Source: Tepidisphaeraceae bacterium
GTDB taxonomy: Bacteria; Planctomycetota; Phycisphaerae; Tepidisphaerales; Tepidisphaeraceae
Length of the DNA stretch: 64,000 bases
NCBI GenBank assembly: GCA_050012375.1
Contig: JBEKHH010000012.1
Location: forward strand, 27,881 to 91,880
Direction: 5' to 3'
In this document: piece by piece, positions 17,270-28,325 of the stretch
How positions within the stretch are numbered: the first letter of the stretch is position 1
How the letters are laid out: each line of letters opens with the position of its first letter
Notes under the pieces: generated by a model
Database searches by the model: none
Seen by the model: the letters and a program-made list of their open reading frames with translations, nothing else
Told to the model about the DNA's origin: nothing
Program-made: the position numbers and the translations under genes

Positions 17270-20038
17270 ATGGAATCCACTCCACCTAACGCGGGCGATC
17301 GAAGCGATGCACGTCATTCGCAACGCCATCCGCTTGACGCGATCTTCATGCCCCGAAACATCGCCGTGATCGGCGCGACCGAGACCGCCGGAAGCGTCGG
17401 TCGAACCGTGCTCTGGAACCTTGTCAGCACTCCGTTCGGGGGAACGGTCTTTCCCGTCAATCCCAAACGGGCCAGCGTCCTGGGCATCAAGGCATATCCC
17501 AACATCGCGGCCGTCCCGGAAAAGACGGATTTGGCGGTCGTGGTCACTCCCGCGCCATCCGTGCCGGATGTGATTGGTCAGTGTGCCGATGCCGGGGTGC
17601 GCGCGGCGGTCGTCATCTCGGCGGGGTTCCGGGAGCTAGGCGCGGCCGGAATTGAGCTGGAGCAGCGAGTTCTCGTCCAGGCGCGGCGCGGCAACATGCG
17701 CATCATCGGCCCCAATTGCCTCGGCGTCATGAATCCGCTGACCGGGCTGAACGCAACCTTCGCCAAGGGCATCGCCCTGCCCGGCAATGTCGCGTTCATC
17801 AGCCAAAGCGGCGCGCTGATGACGGCCATTCTGGATTGGAGCCTGCGCGAGCGCGTGGGATTTAGCGCATTCGTCTCGACTGGATCGATGCTCGATGTGA
17901 ACTGGGGCGATCTGATTGACTATCTCGGTGACGATCCACGCACCAAGAGCATTCTGATTTACATGGAGTCTATCGGGGACGCCCGTTCGTTTCTTTCCGC
18001 CGCGCGGGAAGTCTCGCTGAACAAGCCGATCATCGTCATTAAGGCGGGGCGAACCGACGCGGCAGCCAAGGCCGCGGCATCTCACACCGGTTCTCTCACC
18101 GGCAGCGATGAAGTGTTGGATGCCGCCTTCCGGCGGACCGGCGTGCTTCGCGTGGACAGCATCGCCGATCTGTTTGCGATGGCCGAGGTGCTGGCCAAGC
18201 AGCCGCGACCCACGGGGCGGCGCCTGGCCATTGTCACGAATGCCGGCGGACCCGGTGTTTTGGCCACCGACGCGCTGCTGGGCAGCGGCGGCGAATTGGC
18301 GGTTCTTTCGCCGCAGCTTCGCCAAACTCTTGACGGCATCCTGCCCCCGCAATGGAGCCACAACAATCCGATCGATGTGCTCGGCGACGCGGCGCCGGAG
18401 CGCTTCGCCAAGGCGCTGAAAGTTGTAGCCGACGATCCGGACAACGACGGCGTGCTCCTCGTTCTGACGCCGCAGAATATGACCGATCCAACGCAAACCG
18501 CCGAAGCGGTGAAATCCCTGGCCAAGCTCGACGGCAAGCCGATACTGGCGAGTTGGATGGGCGGAGCCGAAGTGACGGCGGGCCAGGCGATCCTCCAGGG
18601 CGCAGGCATTCCCACATTTGATTTTCCCGACCAGGCCGCGCGCGCCTTTTCTTACATGTGGCGCTATTCCTACAACCTTCGAGCCCTATATGAAACGCCG
18701 GCGCTGGCCGACATCGATTCCAATATCGATCGCTCGGCCGTCGCCCAAATCATCGACACCGCTAGAAAATCCGGCGGCACGCTGCTCGATGAATACCAAT
18801 CCAAGCAGATTCTTTCGGCCTACGGAATCCCGGTCGCCCCGACGCTGACCGCCGCAACGCCGCAAGCCGCCGTGAAAGCCGCCGACGAGATCGGATACCC
18901 CGTCGTCGTCAAGCTCTTCTCCCTCACGCTGACCCACAAGACCGATGTCGGCGGCGTCAAACTCAACTTGTGGGATCGCGCGCAAGTTGCAGAGGCTTTC
19001 GACGAAATTCGCCAGGCGGTAGGCCGCACCGCGGGCGATCAGCATTTCCAGGGTGTCACCGTCCAGCCAATGATCAAAGTGCGCGATGGGTATGAGTTGA
19101 TCATCGGCAGCAGCCCCGATTCGCAATTCGGCCCCGTTATGCTTTTCGGCACAGGAGGCCAGCTTGTTGAAGTGTTCAAGGATCGCGCGCTGGGACTCCC
19201 GCCTCTTAACGCGACCTTGGCGCGCCGTATGATGGAACAAACCAAAATATTCAAGGCGCTGCAGGGCGTGCGCGGACGACAGCCCGTGGATATCGCGCTG
19301 CTCGACCAAATCCTTGTCCGGTTCAGCCAGTTAGTTGTGGAACAACCTTGGATCAAGGAGATTGAAATAAATCCGCTGATAGCGGGGCCGAATCAGATCG
19401 TCGCCGTCGATGCCCGAACTGTGCTGTGGGGCTCTGACACAACAGAATCGAATTTGCCCCGAGCGGTCATTCGACCCTATCCCACCCAATACGTGACGCA
19501 CTGGAAAGTCCGCGATGGTATGCCGGTTACGATACGCCCGATCCGGCCTGAGGACGAGCCGTTGCTCGTTCGCTTCCATCATGAACTTTCCGACCGGAGC
19601 GTGACGTTCCGCTATTTCCACCCGATCAACTTGAGCCAGCGGACGGCCCATGAGCGCTTGATCCGCGTCTGCTTCAACGACTATGACCGCGAGCTGGCGC
19701 TGGTAGCCGAAGGAACGGATCCCGAAAGGCAGATACCGTTCATTCTTGGCATTGGCCGGCTCAGCAAAGTTCCGGGCGGCCGCGATGCGGAATTCGCCAT
19801 TGTGATCAGTGACGCGTGGCAAAATCGGGGTTTGGGCACTCAGTTGTTACGTCTGTTGATCCAGGTTGCCTGGGATGAAAATGTCCAACACCTGTTTGGC
19901 ACAATCATGGCCGAAAACCTGGAGATGCGTCGAGTGGCCGAAAAACTGGGGTTCCAGTTGACCAGCGACGTAACGGACAACACGATCCACGCCGCGTTAA
20001 ACCCGTATTCGATTCCCGTCGCCGTCGGCCATGATTAA
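17270..20038 (+). CDS. Pat-like fusion protein: ADP-forming acyl-CoA synthetase domains + C-terminal GNAT acetyltransferase
   Basis: CoA-binding [15 protein letters not shown], succinyl-CoA-synthetase-like and ATP-grasp segments, and a C-terminal GNAT ([11 protein letters not shown]). Start is uncertain: ATG 17270 or 17348. Confidence 0.85.
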   Translation: MESTPPNAGDRSDARHSQRHPLDAIFMPRNIAVIGATETAGSVGRTVLWNLVSTPFGGTVFPVNPKRASVLGIKAYPNIAAVPEKTDLAVVVTPAPSVPDVIGQCADAGVRAAVVISAGFRELGAAGIELEQRVLVQARRGNMRIIGPNCLGVMNPLTGLNATFAKGIALPGNVAFISQSGALMTAILDWSLRERVGFSAFVSTGSMLDVNWGDLIDYLGDDPRTKSILIYMESIGDARSFLSAAREVSLNKPIIVIKAGRTDAAAKAAASHTGSLTGSDEVLDAAFRRTGVLRVDSIADLFAMAEVLAKQPRPTGRRLAIVTNAGGPGVLATDALLGSGGELAVLSPQLRQTLDGILPPQWSHNNPIDVLGDAAPERFAKALKVVADDPDNDGVLLVLTPQNMTDPTQTAEAVKSLAKLDGKPILASWMGGAEVTAGQAILQGAGIPTFDFPDQAARAFSYMWRYSYNLRALYETPALADIDSNIDRSAVAQIIDTARKSGGTLLDEYQSKQILSAYGIPVAPTLTAATPQAAVKAADEIGYPVVVKLFSLTLTHKTDVGGVKLNLWDRAQVAEAFDEIRQAVGRTAGDQHFQGVTVQPMIKVRDGYELIIGSSPDSQFGPVMLFGTGGQLVEVFKDRALGLPPLNATLARRMMEQTKIFKALQGVRGRQPVDIALLDQILVRFSQLVVEQPWIKEIEINPLIAGPNQIVAVDARTVLWGSDTTESNLPRAVIRPYPTQYVTHWKVRDGMPVTIRPIRPEDEPLLVRFHHELSDRSVTFRYFHPINLSQRTAHERLIRVCFNDYDRELALVAEGTDPERQIPFILGIGRLSKVPGGRDAEFAIVISDAWQNRGLGTQLLRLLIQVAWDENVQHLFGTIMAENLEMRRVAEKLGFQLTSDVTDNTIHAALNPYSIPVAVGHD

Positions 20039-21857
20039 GATGGCGGCCATGGCGAAGAAACGCAAAGAAGCAGAGCCGCCCTCACCCACGGACTTCGTCT
20101 ACACATTTCATCTGTCAACCAGCGGTGAAATTCGCCACGATTTGACCGCCGGTGCCTTCACCGAAATTACAGGCCATCCGCCGGACATCCTGCAACGGCG
20201 CGGGTGGACCGGCCTGATCTATCCGAAAGACCAGCCGCTGCTGGCAAATCGACCGGTCACGTTGCGAGCGGGCAGCGCCGATGTGTGCGAATACCGCCTG
20301 ATCACCGCCGACGGACACCTCAAATGGATTCGCGATTATGCCCAGCCCATGCGCACCGAGGTGGATGGCAGCATCTTCGTCTTCGCAGCCGCGCAGATAA
20401 TCACCGCGCGTAAGCGGTTGCAGGAGGAGATGGGCCGCCTGGCCTCCATCGTTGAATCCTCCGAAGACGCAATCATGGACATGACGCTTGACGGCGTCAT
20501 CGTAAGCTGGAACCGCGCGGCGGAGAAGATTTACGGCTATTCGTCTGACGAAGTTAAAGGCCGCACCGCCACTCTCCTGGTACCGACCGATCGGATCGAC
20601 GAAATGGCTCGCATCCTGGCCGACGTCCGCCGGGGGGGATCAGTCTTGCGCATGGAAACGGTGCGTCTTCACAAAGACGGGCGTGCCATTCCCGTGGCGC
20701 TGACCGTGGCCCCGGTCCGTGATCCCGCCGGGCAACTGGCCGGCGCCTCGATCATCAGCCGCGACATTTCACAACTCAAGCACGCCGAGTCAGCCCTTCA
20801 GGAAAACGCCGCGAAGATCACCGCGATCCTGAACACGATGGTTGATGGCGTCATCACTATCGATGAGCGTGGGATCATTGATTCATTTAACCCCGCAGCC
20901 GAACGATTGTTCGGCTATCCCTTTTCGGAAGTCGTCGGCAAGAATGTCAAACTGCTGATGCCCGAGCCCTATCGCGGCGAGCATGACGAATATCTGCGTA
21001 ATTACCTTCAGACAGGCATAGCCAAGATCATCGGTATCGGGCGAGAAGTCGTCGGTCGTCGAAAAGACGGTTCCACCTTTCCCTTGGACTTGGCGGTCAG
21101 CGAAATGTTTCTTGGCCAACACCGGCTCTTCGCCGGCATCGTCCGCGACCTGACCGACCGCAAGCGCATGGAGCGGCAAGTCCTGGAGATCAGCGACCGC
21201 GAGCAACGCCGCATCGGCCAGGACCTTCACGACGGCCTCGGCCAGCAGCTGGCGGGAATCGGCTTCTTAAGCAAATCGCTGGAACAACGCCTTGCAAAAA
21301 AAAGGGTTTCAGAAACCGACGACGCACGGCAGATCGCGAATTTGGTTTCCGAGACGATTGCCCAGGCTCGCGGAATGGCGCATGGACTGCATCCGGTCGA
21401 TTTGTCCGACACGGGATTGATGTCGGCACTGAAGGAGTTGGCATCGACAGTCGAACACACGTTTCGGATCGAGTGTTCGTTCACGTGCGAGCAGCCGGTG
21501 CTCTTGTCGGACGGTGCCGTTGCCACGCATCTCTACCGCATCGCCCAGGAGGCCGTGAACAATGCGATCAAGCATGGCAAGGCCAAGCACGTTTTGATTG
21601 TTCTGAATCGAGACGGCGATACAATCACAGTGTCAGTCAGGGATAACGGCATCGGGTTTCCCGAGTTGTTGCCGGAAAAGAAGGGCATGGGTTTGCAGAC
21701 GATGCGATATCGCGCAGCCCTGGTCGGCGCAACCCTGTCGATCCTGAAAGTTCCATCGGGTGGAACGCGAGTGGAATGCTCGCTCAAAGAAACCGATTCT
21801 GCCCCGGAAGGAAACGGCAATGGCAAAAACGCTGCGCAAGCCACACCAGAAACTTAG
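20031..21857 (+). CDS. multi-PAS sensor histidine kinase (HisKA_3 / NarX-LiaS type)
   Basis: Repeated PAS segments, H-box [19 protein letters not shown], and ATPase NNAIKHG..DNGIGF. The start overlaps the Pat-like stop (ATGATTAA). Confidence 0.85.
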   Translation: MIKMAAMAKKRKEAEPPSPTDFVYTFHLSTSGEIRHDLTAGAFTEITGHPPDILQRRGWTGLIYPKDQPLLANRPVTLRAGSADVCEYRLITADGHLKWIRDYAQPMRTEVDGSIFVFAAAQIITARKRLQEEMGRLASIVESSEDAIMDMTLDGVIVSWNRAAEKIYGYSSDEVKGRTATLLVPTDRIDEMARILADVRRGGSVLRMETVRLHKDGRAIPVALTVAPVRDPAGQLAGASIISRDISQLKHAESALQENAAKITAILNTMVDGVITIDERGIIDSFNPAAERLFGYPFSEVVGKNVKLLMPEPYRGEHDEYLRNYLQTGIAKIIGIGREVVGRRKDGSTFPLDLAVSEMFLGQHRLFAGIVRDLTDRKRMERQVLEISDREQRRIGQDLHDGLGQQLAGIGFLSKSLEQRLAKKRVSETDDARQIANLVSETIAQARGMAHGLHPVDLSDTGLMSALKELASTVEHTFRIECSFTCEQPVLLSDGAVATHLYRIAQEAVNNAIKHGKAKHVLIVLNRDGDTITVSVRDNGIGFPELLPEKKGMGLQTMRYRAALVGATLSILKVPSGGTRVECSLKETDSAPEGNGNGKNAAQATPET

Positions 21858-22497
21858 GGTATTCCTCGTCGATGACCATCCTGTCCTTCGGCAGGGTCTG
21901 GGCCGATTGATTGACGACCAACCCGATCTGGCGATGTGTGGCGAGGCGGAATCGCCAGTGGAGGCGATGCGCCTGTTGCCGGACGCCAAGCCGAACGTGG
22001 TGATCGTCGACCTGACGCTTAAGGGCGGCGACGGGTTGGAATTGTGCAAGCAAATCCGCGACCGCTTCGCTGCATTGCCTATCCTGGTCGTCTCCATGCA
22101 TGATGAATCGCTCTACGCCGAGCGCGCCCTGAAGGCGGGCGCTCGCGGCTACGTCATGAAGCAAGAACCGCAGGAAACAGTGATGACCGCCCTGCGCACC
22201 GTGGCAAAGGGCGACGTTTACCTCAGCGCCAAGATGTCCGCCAAACTGCTGCGAAGTTTCTCCGGCGTCAAATCCAACAGCGATCTGGCGCCGCTGGAAC
22301 GTCTGACCGACCGTGAGTTGGAGATTTTCCGCCTGATCGGCGAAGGGCAGAGCGTCCGCGCTATTGCCGAAAAGCTTTTTCTCAGCACCAAGACAGTTGA
22401 GGCGCATAAGGAGCACATCAAGCAAAAGCTGAATTTGAAAAGCAGCAACGAACTGCTCCAATACGCCATTGAAACGCGACGCACCGAGAAGCAATGA
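21820..22497 (+). CDS. NarL/LuxR-family response regulator
   Basis: REC domain (VFLVDDHPVLRQGL, VVIVDLTLKGGDGLEL) plus LuxR HTH (LTDRELEIFRLIGEGQSVRAIAEKLFLSTKTVEAHK). Overlaps the kinase 3' end by 38 nt. Confidence 0.9.
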   Translation: MAKTLRKPHQKLRVFLVDDHPVLRQGLGRLIDDQPDLAMCGEAESPVEAMRLLPDAKPNVVIVDLTLKGGDGLELCKQIRDRFAALPILVVSMHDESLYAERALKAGARGYVMKQEPQETVMTALRTVAKGDVYLSAKMSAKLLRSFSGVKSNSDLAPLERLTDRELEIFRLIGEGQSVRAIAEKLFLSTKTVEAHKEHIKQKLNLKSSNELLQYAIETRRTEKQ

Positions 22498-22994
22498 ATC
22501 GTTTTATTTCCCGGGTGAACGGCATGGACCTCGCCCACGATCCCTTTGATATCGTTGATCGCGGTGTGATCGCCGCCGAAGTCGGCCGGTGAAGCCCTGC
22601 GGGGGCGTCTTACAGTTCCCTGACTTAAAAATGCAGGCCCATTCCCTACCGCATTTTGCGAAGATGCTCTGATTCCTCAGCAGCTCTGGCGGCGACATAT
22701 AATATTTCAATGGCATAGCGAAGGTCCATTGAGAACTGAAACAGTGGCGCGGCAGATCATCGAAGCTGTAAACGCGCTCGAACATGAGTCAATGGGGTTT
22801 TGCCGCTGCTGGCAACGGGATGCCGCGCCATTTATAATGGGCGAGCCATATTGAAGAGGCGGTGGAGTCCGCCGTAACCGTCCCGATTTATTGGGACCAA
22901 TGACTCCTATCGGGCTATTGGTCCGCTAGGAGTTCGCAGGAATTTGCCCTGGCAGCCCATCGGGCCGCCAGGGCATTTTCTTGGCAAGGCTGGA

Positions 22995-24782
22995 ATGATG
23001 TGCGAGGAAGCCAAGATCGTTGATTTACCATCCACACTCGAAGAGGCTGTCAGCCACATCGAGTCTGCCGGTTCCGACTTCAGCGCCGATTGCACGAACC
23101 TGACCGAACTGAAAGATCGGCTGGTTTCCGGCAGATTTCACTTGGCTGTCCTGGGCCAGTTCAAGCGGGGGAAAAGCACACTGCTCAACGCATTGCTTGG
23201 ACAGGACGTGCTACCCACGGCCGTTGTCCCGCTGACGACCGCTCCCACGTGGGTTTCCGCCGGCGAGTTGCCGCGGGCCAGGGTCGAGTTCATTGAAGCT
23301 GTTCGCCCCGAAGAATTTGCGACCACCGATCCCTCGCAACTGCGCCGGTTTTTGGCCCGATTCGTCACGGAATCGGGCAACCCGTGTAACCGGCTGGGAG
23401 TCGCGGCCGTCAGAGTTTTCCTCCCTGCGCCGATTCTGCGGAACGGCGTTGTTTTCATCGATACTCCAGGGATCGGCTCAACGCTCCGACATAACACCGA
23501 GACGACGTTGCATTTCCTGCCACAATGCGATGCTGCTTTGTTTCTTGTCTCGGCCGACCCACCGATTACGGAAACGGAAGTCGAGTTTCTGAAGCAGGTG
23601 GGTACGCGCGTCAGCCGGTTGTTCTTCGTGTTGAATAAGATCGACTATTTGAACCCGTCGGAGGCGTCGGAGGCGGCTGAGTTCTATCAAAAGGTGATCG
23701 TCGAACAGGCCGGAATTAACGCGAACGCTCCGGTTTTTTCTGTCTCGGCCAAAGTCGGCTTGCAAGCTAGAACTATCGGCGATTCGGACCTTTGGACCCG
23801 CAGCGGCATGGCCCAGGTCGAACGCCATCTGCTGGATTTTCTGGCAAATGAAAAGAGGCGATCCCTTTGCGAAGCGGTCCGTCACAAGGCCGGCGACATT
23901 GTCGCGGACGTTATTTCGCGCCTACGCCTTGCATTGCGCTCACTGGAGCTCCCCCTGGAGGATTTGCAATCACGCCTGCATATTCTTGGCCGCAAGGTGG
24001 AGGAACTCCGGCGCGAGCAGGTCGCCGCCCACGATCTGCTCGCTGGCGACAGCCGGCGGGCGCATGAATTGCTGGAACAAGAGTACGAGAAGCTCTGCCA
24101 GCGCGGCATGATCCGCCTCAACGGTGCCGTGGACGCAGCGGTTTCAGCCTTCGATTCGCAACCGCCAGATGAAGAACATTTGCAGGAGCGGTTGCGGGCT
24201 GAGATACCCGATTTGTTTGACGCGGAGTTTAAGAACGCAATCCGATTCTTTGATCAGCACTTGGCCGATGTGCTCCGTTCGCATGAGCAGCGTAGTGATC
24301 GGCTGATCGAGTCAATCCGTAAAACTGCCGCCGACTTATTCGACGTGCCTTATCGCCCAATGAATCACTTCTTCGCGTGCGAAACGACGCGAGAGCCATA
24401 CTGGGTGGCCTACCACTGGGAGCAAGGCTTCGGTCCGGTTTCACCGAGCGTGGTTGACAAGTTCATGCCGCCCGGGCTAAGGCGGCGGCGAATCGAGCGG
24501 CGATTCCGAGACAAGGTCGAAGCCCTTGTGCTTTACAACGCGGGAAAGTTGCGAGAAAAGTTCTATGACCAAATCGACGCCCTGTTCCGCCGGTTCCGCA
24601 ACTCGCTGGATGAGCGCTTGACCGCGACGATCGCGGCGACACTCGGCGCCGCACGAGCAGCTATGGAAAAACGCCACAGTCATGCGGGAGCAGTAGCCGA
24701 CGACGTGCAGCGGCTCAGCTCGACCATCGCCTATCTTCAGGATGTCGGAGGCCGACTCAACGGCAGCCCCGGCCAACATTGA
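22995..24782 (+). CDS. bacterial dynamin-like GTPase
   Basis: G1 GQFKRGKST, G3 DTPGIGS and G4 NKIDY, followed by a long helical stalk-like C-terminal half. ATG 22995 lies inside ORF 22944..24782. Confidence 0.8.
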   Translation: MMCEEAKIVDLPSTLEEAVSHIESAGSDFSADCTNLTELKDRLVSGRFHLAVLGQFKRGKSTLLNALLGQDVLPTAVVPLTTAPTWVSAGELPRARVEFIEAVRPEEFATTDPSQLRRFLARFVTESGNPCNRLGVAAVRVFLPAPILRNGVVFIDTPGIGSTLRHNTETTLHFLPQCDAALFLVSADPPITETEVEFLKQVGTRVSRLFFVLNKIDYLNPSEASEAAEFYQKVIVEQAGINANAPVFSVSAKVGLQARTIGDSDLWTRSGMAQVERHLLDFLANEKRRSLCEAVRHKAGDIVADVISRLRLALRSLELPLEDLQSRLHILGRKVEELRREQVAAHDLLAGDSRRAHELLEQEYEKLCQRGMIRLNGAVDAAVSAFDSQPPDEEHLQERLRAEIPDLFDAEFKNAIRFFDQHLADVLRSHEQRSDRLIESIRKTAADLFDVPYRPMNHFFACETTREPYWVAYHWEQGFGPVSPSVVDKFMPPGLRRRRIERRFRDKVEALVLYNAGKLREKFYDQIDALFRRFRNSLDERLTATIAATLGAARAAMEKRHSHAGAVADDVQRLSSTIAYLQDVGGRLNGSPGQH

Positions 24783-24783
24783 C

Positions 24784-25452
24784 ATGAAACAGCCGCAGGC
24801 CAAGTTCATCGGATTCTTCAAACTCATCGAGGCGATGAAACAGCCGGGCTGTCCAATCTGCGCGCGGATCATCGAAGATATTCACCATGGCATGGACAGT
24901 TTTCTGTATGAGAGCGTCAACGACTCTGGGTTGCGCGATCAAATCCGGAGCGACAGCGGACTGTGCCACCGCCATAGCTGGCAATTAGCACGGTTCGGAG
25001 ACGCGCTGGGGAGCGCGATTTTGTTCCGCGATGTCCTGGCAACGGTGCTCGCCTCACTCGGCAGTACACCTTCATTGTCCTTCTTCCGTAAGCGATCAAC
25101 ACGGTTGGGCGCCCAAGTCTGCCTCTTTTGTCGCCAGGAGGAGAGATCGCATGAGGGTCTTCTGTCGGACTTGGTTGCCCACATTGATGACGCGGAGTTG
25201 AAGAAGGCTTGGGGGGGACCTGCGGTGCTTTGTATTCCGCACCTTAGCGATTTGTGCGGGTTGCTTCGCGACGATGCTGCGCGGCGCCGAATTACTGAAA
25301 TGCACCGCAGCAAGTACATGGCACTGTGCGACGAGATGGAACAGTTGAAGGAAAAGCAATCCTACAATCACCGCCCGGAAGAAATCGGTCCGGAAAAGGA
25401 CTCATGGATTCGGGCCATCGAAGTGCTTGTGGGTCGGTCCGGAATCAGTTAG
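24784..25452 (+). CDS. Cys/His-rich protein with duplicated CxxC-x33/34-CxxH motif
   Basis: ATG lies 1 nt after the dynamin stop. Motifs are GCPICARII..(34)..CHRH and VCLFCRQEE..(33)..CIPH. It may belong to a DUF family (DUF6062-like), but that is from memory only. Confidence 0.6.
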   Translation: MKQPQAKFIGFFKLIEAMKQPGCPICARIIEDIHHGMDSFLYESVNDSGLRDQIRSDSGLCHRHSWQLARFGDALGSAILFRDVLATVLASLGSTPSLSFFRKRSTRLGAQVCLFCRQEERSHEGLLSDLVAHIDDAELKKAWGGPAVLCIPHLSDLCGLLRDDAARRRITEMHRSKYMALCDEMEQLKEKQSYNHRPEEIGPEKDSWIRAIEVLVGRSGIS

Positions 25453-25514
25453 CGACACAAACACCGCGACGACGGCTTCGATCCGCCTCGACGATTGAAT
25501 GATTGAGATGTGCC

Positions 25515-26240
25515 ATGCGAATTCTTCTGATCTCCGACGTTCACGCCAACTCCTGGGCGCTTCACGCCGTGGAGCAAGACGCCTCTCCGGTGGACCAAAT
25601 CCTCTGTGCCGGCGACACGGTCAATTACGGTCCGAGGCCCGGGGCCGTACTGGACCGGCTTCGTCGCCTTGGCGTCGTGACGGTTCGTGGGAATCACGAC
25701 AACGCCGTCGCTTTTGCGGTCGATCCTAAAGCTTCGCCCGCCAAGCAGGCGCTCGCTCTGGCCATGCGGGACTGGACCCGTCGGCAATTGGAAGCCACTG
25801 ACCTCGGCTGGTTACTGTCGCTGGAGCGGCGCTTGACGTGCCACTATGCCGCATGCCGGTTCATGCTTGTGCATGGCACGCCGATCGATCCTCTTTACGA
25901 CTACCGACTAACCCCCAACGCCACTGAGGAGTTGCTGGACGAATTGACGCGGGATGTGAACGCCGACGTGCTGCTGGTTGGTCATACCCATCTGCCGCTG
26001 CTGCGCAAACATCGCGACCTCAGAATCGTCAACCCCGGTTCGGTCGGACAGCCGCTCGATGGAGACCCCCGCGCGGCCTACGCCCTCTGGGACGATGGCG
26101 AAATCACGCTGCGCCGCGTCGAATATGACCGTACGGCGGCAATCGACGCACTGGCACGACTACCGCTGGACCACAAACTCATCGTAGACTTGCAAAATAC
26201 TTTGTCCCGAGGTTCGATAGCCTCGATCACCATTAACTAA
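25515..26240 (+). CDS. YfcE-like metallophosphoesterase
   Basis: Motif series SDVHAN, GDTVNYGP, GNHD, VHGTP and GHTH. Confidence 0.8.
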   Translation: MRILLISDVHANSWALHAVEQDASPVDQILCAGDTVNYGPRPGAVLDRLRRLGVVTVRGNHDNAVAFAVDPKASPAKQALALAMRDWTRRQLEATDLGWLLSLERRLTCHYAACRFMLVHGTPIDPLYDYRLTPNATEELLDELTRDVNADVLLVGHTHLPLLRKHRDLRIVNPGSVGQPLDGDPRAAYALWDDGEITLRRVEYDRTAAIDALARLPLDHKLIVDLQNTLSRGSIASITIN

Positions 26241-26252
26241 AAGGAGATAACC

Positions 26253-27533
26253 GTGAACCGTCAGATCGCTTCGATTCGAGCAATGGAAATACTGGATTCT
26301 CGCGGCAACCCAACGCTGCGCGCCTTTGTCACACTGAGCGACGGTACAACCGCCGCCGCTTCCGTGCCATCCGGCGCGTCCACCGGCGAGAACGAAGCTG
26401 TCGAGCTTCGGGATGGGGATAGAAAACGTTACGGTGGCAAGGGCGTTCTAAAGGCCGTGGCCCATGTCAACGATACGATCGCGCCGAAACTCCGCGGCCT
26501 CGATCCGTCCCGCCAACGCGAGGTCGATCGTCTGATGATCGAACTCGATGGCACACCCAACAAGGCTGAACTCGGGGCCAACGCGATCCTTGGCGTGTCC
26601 ATGGCCGTCGCGCGGGCCGCCGCTACTGCCGCGTCGCTTCCGCTCTACGCCTATCTTGGCGGGTCCGGAGCTTGCCGGTTGCCCATGCCCATGATGAATA
26701 TCCTCAACGGCGGCAAGCACGCGGACAACAGCATGGATTTCCAGGAGTTCATGGTCATGCCGATCGGCGCCCCGACGTTTGCCGAGGCGTTGCGCTACGG
26801 CGCCGAGACGTTTCACGCTTTGCGGAAAATCCTGCATAAGAAGAGCTACAACACCGGTGTCGGTGATGAAGGTGGGTTTGCACCGAATCTCAAGAGCAAT
26901 GAGGAAGCCTGCGATGTCATCGTGGAGGCCATTGGCGCCGCCGGGCTCAAGCCCGGAAAGGATATCGCTTTGGCCCTCGATCCAGCGGCGAGTTCCTTCG
27001 CCGAGGACGGTGGCTATAACCTCGCCAAGTCCAAACAGGGCCGAAAAAGCAGCGATGAAATGACCGTGCTATACGCGTCTTGGATCGACAAGTACCCAAT
27101 CGTCTCCCTCGAAGATGGTTTGGCGGAAAATGACTGGGCAGGTTTTGCCCGCCACACGCATGCCCTGGGCGGACGGGTCCAGATTGTCGGCGACGACATT
27201 TACGTCACCAACACGCGCTTCATCGCCCGCGGCATCCGGGAAAAAACGACCAACGCGGTCCTCATCAAGCTGAACCAGATCGGCACGGTCACCGAGACGA
27301 TTGAAGCGATTGAACTATGCCGTAAAGCCGGATGGAACTATGTTATTTCACATCGCTCCGGCGAGACGGAGGACGCCTTTATGGCCGATTTCGCCGTGGC
27401 GATGGGCGGCGGGCAAATCAAGACCGGTTCGGCGTGCCGCAGCGAAAGGATGGCCAAGTACAATCGATTGTTGGAGATCGAAGCCGAATTGGGCAAAGCC
27501 GCGGTGTTCGAGAGTCCGTTCACCGCAAGGTAG
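26253..27533 (+). CDS. eno: enolase
   Basis: GTG start. Motifs LDSRGNPTL and SHRSGETED; full length. Confidence 0.95.
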   Translation: MNRQIASIRAMEILDSRGNPTLRAFVTLSDGTTAAASVPSGASTGENEAVELRDGDRKRYGGKGVLKAVAHVNDTIAPKLRGLDPSRQREVDRLMIELDGTPNKAELGANAILGVSMAVARAAATAASLPLYAYLGGSGACRLPMPMMNILNGGKHADNSMDFQEFMVMPIGAPTFAEALRYGAETFHALRKILHKKSYNTGVGDEGGFAPNLKSNEEACDVIVEAIGAAGLKPGKDIALALDPAASSFAEDGGYNLAKSKQGRKSSDEMTVLYASWIDKYPIVSLEDGLAENDWAGFARHTHALGGRVQIVGDDIYVTNTRFIARGIREKTTNAVLIKLNQIGTVTETIEAIELCRKAGWNYVISHRSGETEDAFMADFAVAMGGGQIKTGSACRSERMAKYNRLLEIEAELGKAAVFESPFTAR

Positions 27534-27578
27534 CTTCTTCAGCATTCGAGGTATAGTCGCCTTTGATGAACAGACAGC

Positions 27579-28298
27579 CTATGGCGCAAGACGCTCGAGC
27601 TTCCAGTCTTTTTCGCTTGTACGGGTGTAGACGAAGCGGTCGTGGAGCCGGTCGAGGCGCCCTTGCCAGAATTCGATTCGATGCGGACTCAGAAGATAAC
27701 CTCCCCAGAATGGCGGAAGGGGAACATCCGTGCCGTGGAACTGCTCGTTGATTTGGCGCCAGCGGGCTTCGAGAGAGGCGCGGTCGGGGATGACGGAACT
27801 TTGATCGGAAGCCCAGGCGGCGAGGCGACTACCGAGCGGGCGCGATCGAAAGTACTGTTCGGATTCTTCGCGCGTGAGCTGCGCCACAGGGCCGGCGATG
27901 CACACCTGCCGTTCGAGGTCCGGCCAATAAATGGCCAGAGCGGCCCAGGGGTTGGCGGCAAGCTCGCGGCCTTTGCGACTTTGGTAGTTGGTGAAGAATG
28001 TGAAGCCGCCGGCGCCGACGCCTTTGAGCAGCACTGTTCGGACAGAGGGATGTCCATCAATATCGGTGGTTGCGAGGGCCATCGCGTTGGGTTCGAGAGA
28101 TTTGCCGGTGATCAGGCCCTGGAATGCTTTGTAGAGAGCGATGCCGAATTTTCGGAGGCGGCCACCACGGCTACCGGCGGCTTGGCCGAACCACTTCTGA
28201 AATTGATCGATGGGATCGGCGGCGAGATCCGATCGATCGAGTGTCGAGAAACGGTATTCCCGGCGTAAATCCGCGATGGCCATAAGTTGCCAGCCCAT
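27579..28298 (-). CDS. pdxH: pyridoxamine 5'-phosphate oxidase
   Basis: Motifs RTVLLKG, FTFFTNYQSRKG, and C-terminal FWGGY...EFWQGR..RLHDR. The start may instead be ATG 28283. Confidence 0.9.
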   Translation of the reverse strand: MGWQLMAIADLRREYRFSTLDRSDLAADPIDQFQKWFGQAAGSRGGRLRKFGIALYKAFQGLITGKSLEPNAMALATTDIDGHPSVRTVLLKGVGAGGFTFFTNYQSRKGRELAANPWAALAIYWPDLERQVCIAGPVAQLTREESEQYFRSRPLGSRLAAWASDQSSVIPDRASLEARWRQINEQFHGTDVPLPPFWGGYLLSPHRIEFWQGRLDRLHDRFVYTRTSEKDWKLERLAP

Positions 28299-28325
28299 TC
28301 GCCGATGACGGCGCGACGCGGTATG

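Noticed and set aside
22504-22785. 93-aa minus-strand ORF in the spacer upstream of the dynamin-like gene
   Set aside because: It has no start context, odd composition (Cys/Arg/Phe-rich with a basic tail) and no family resemblance. It is treated as non-coding.
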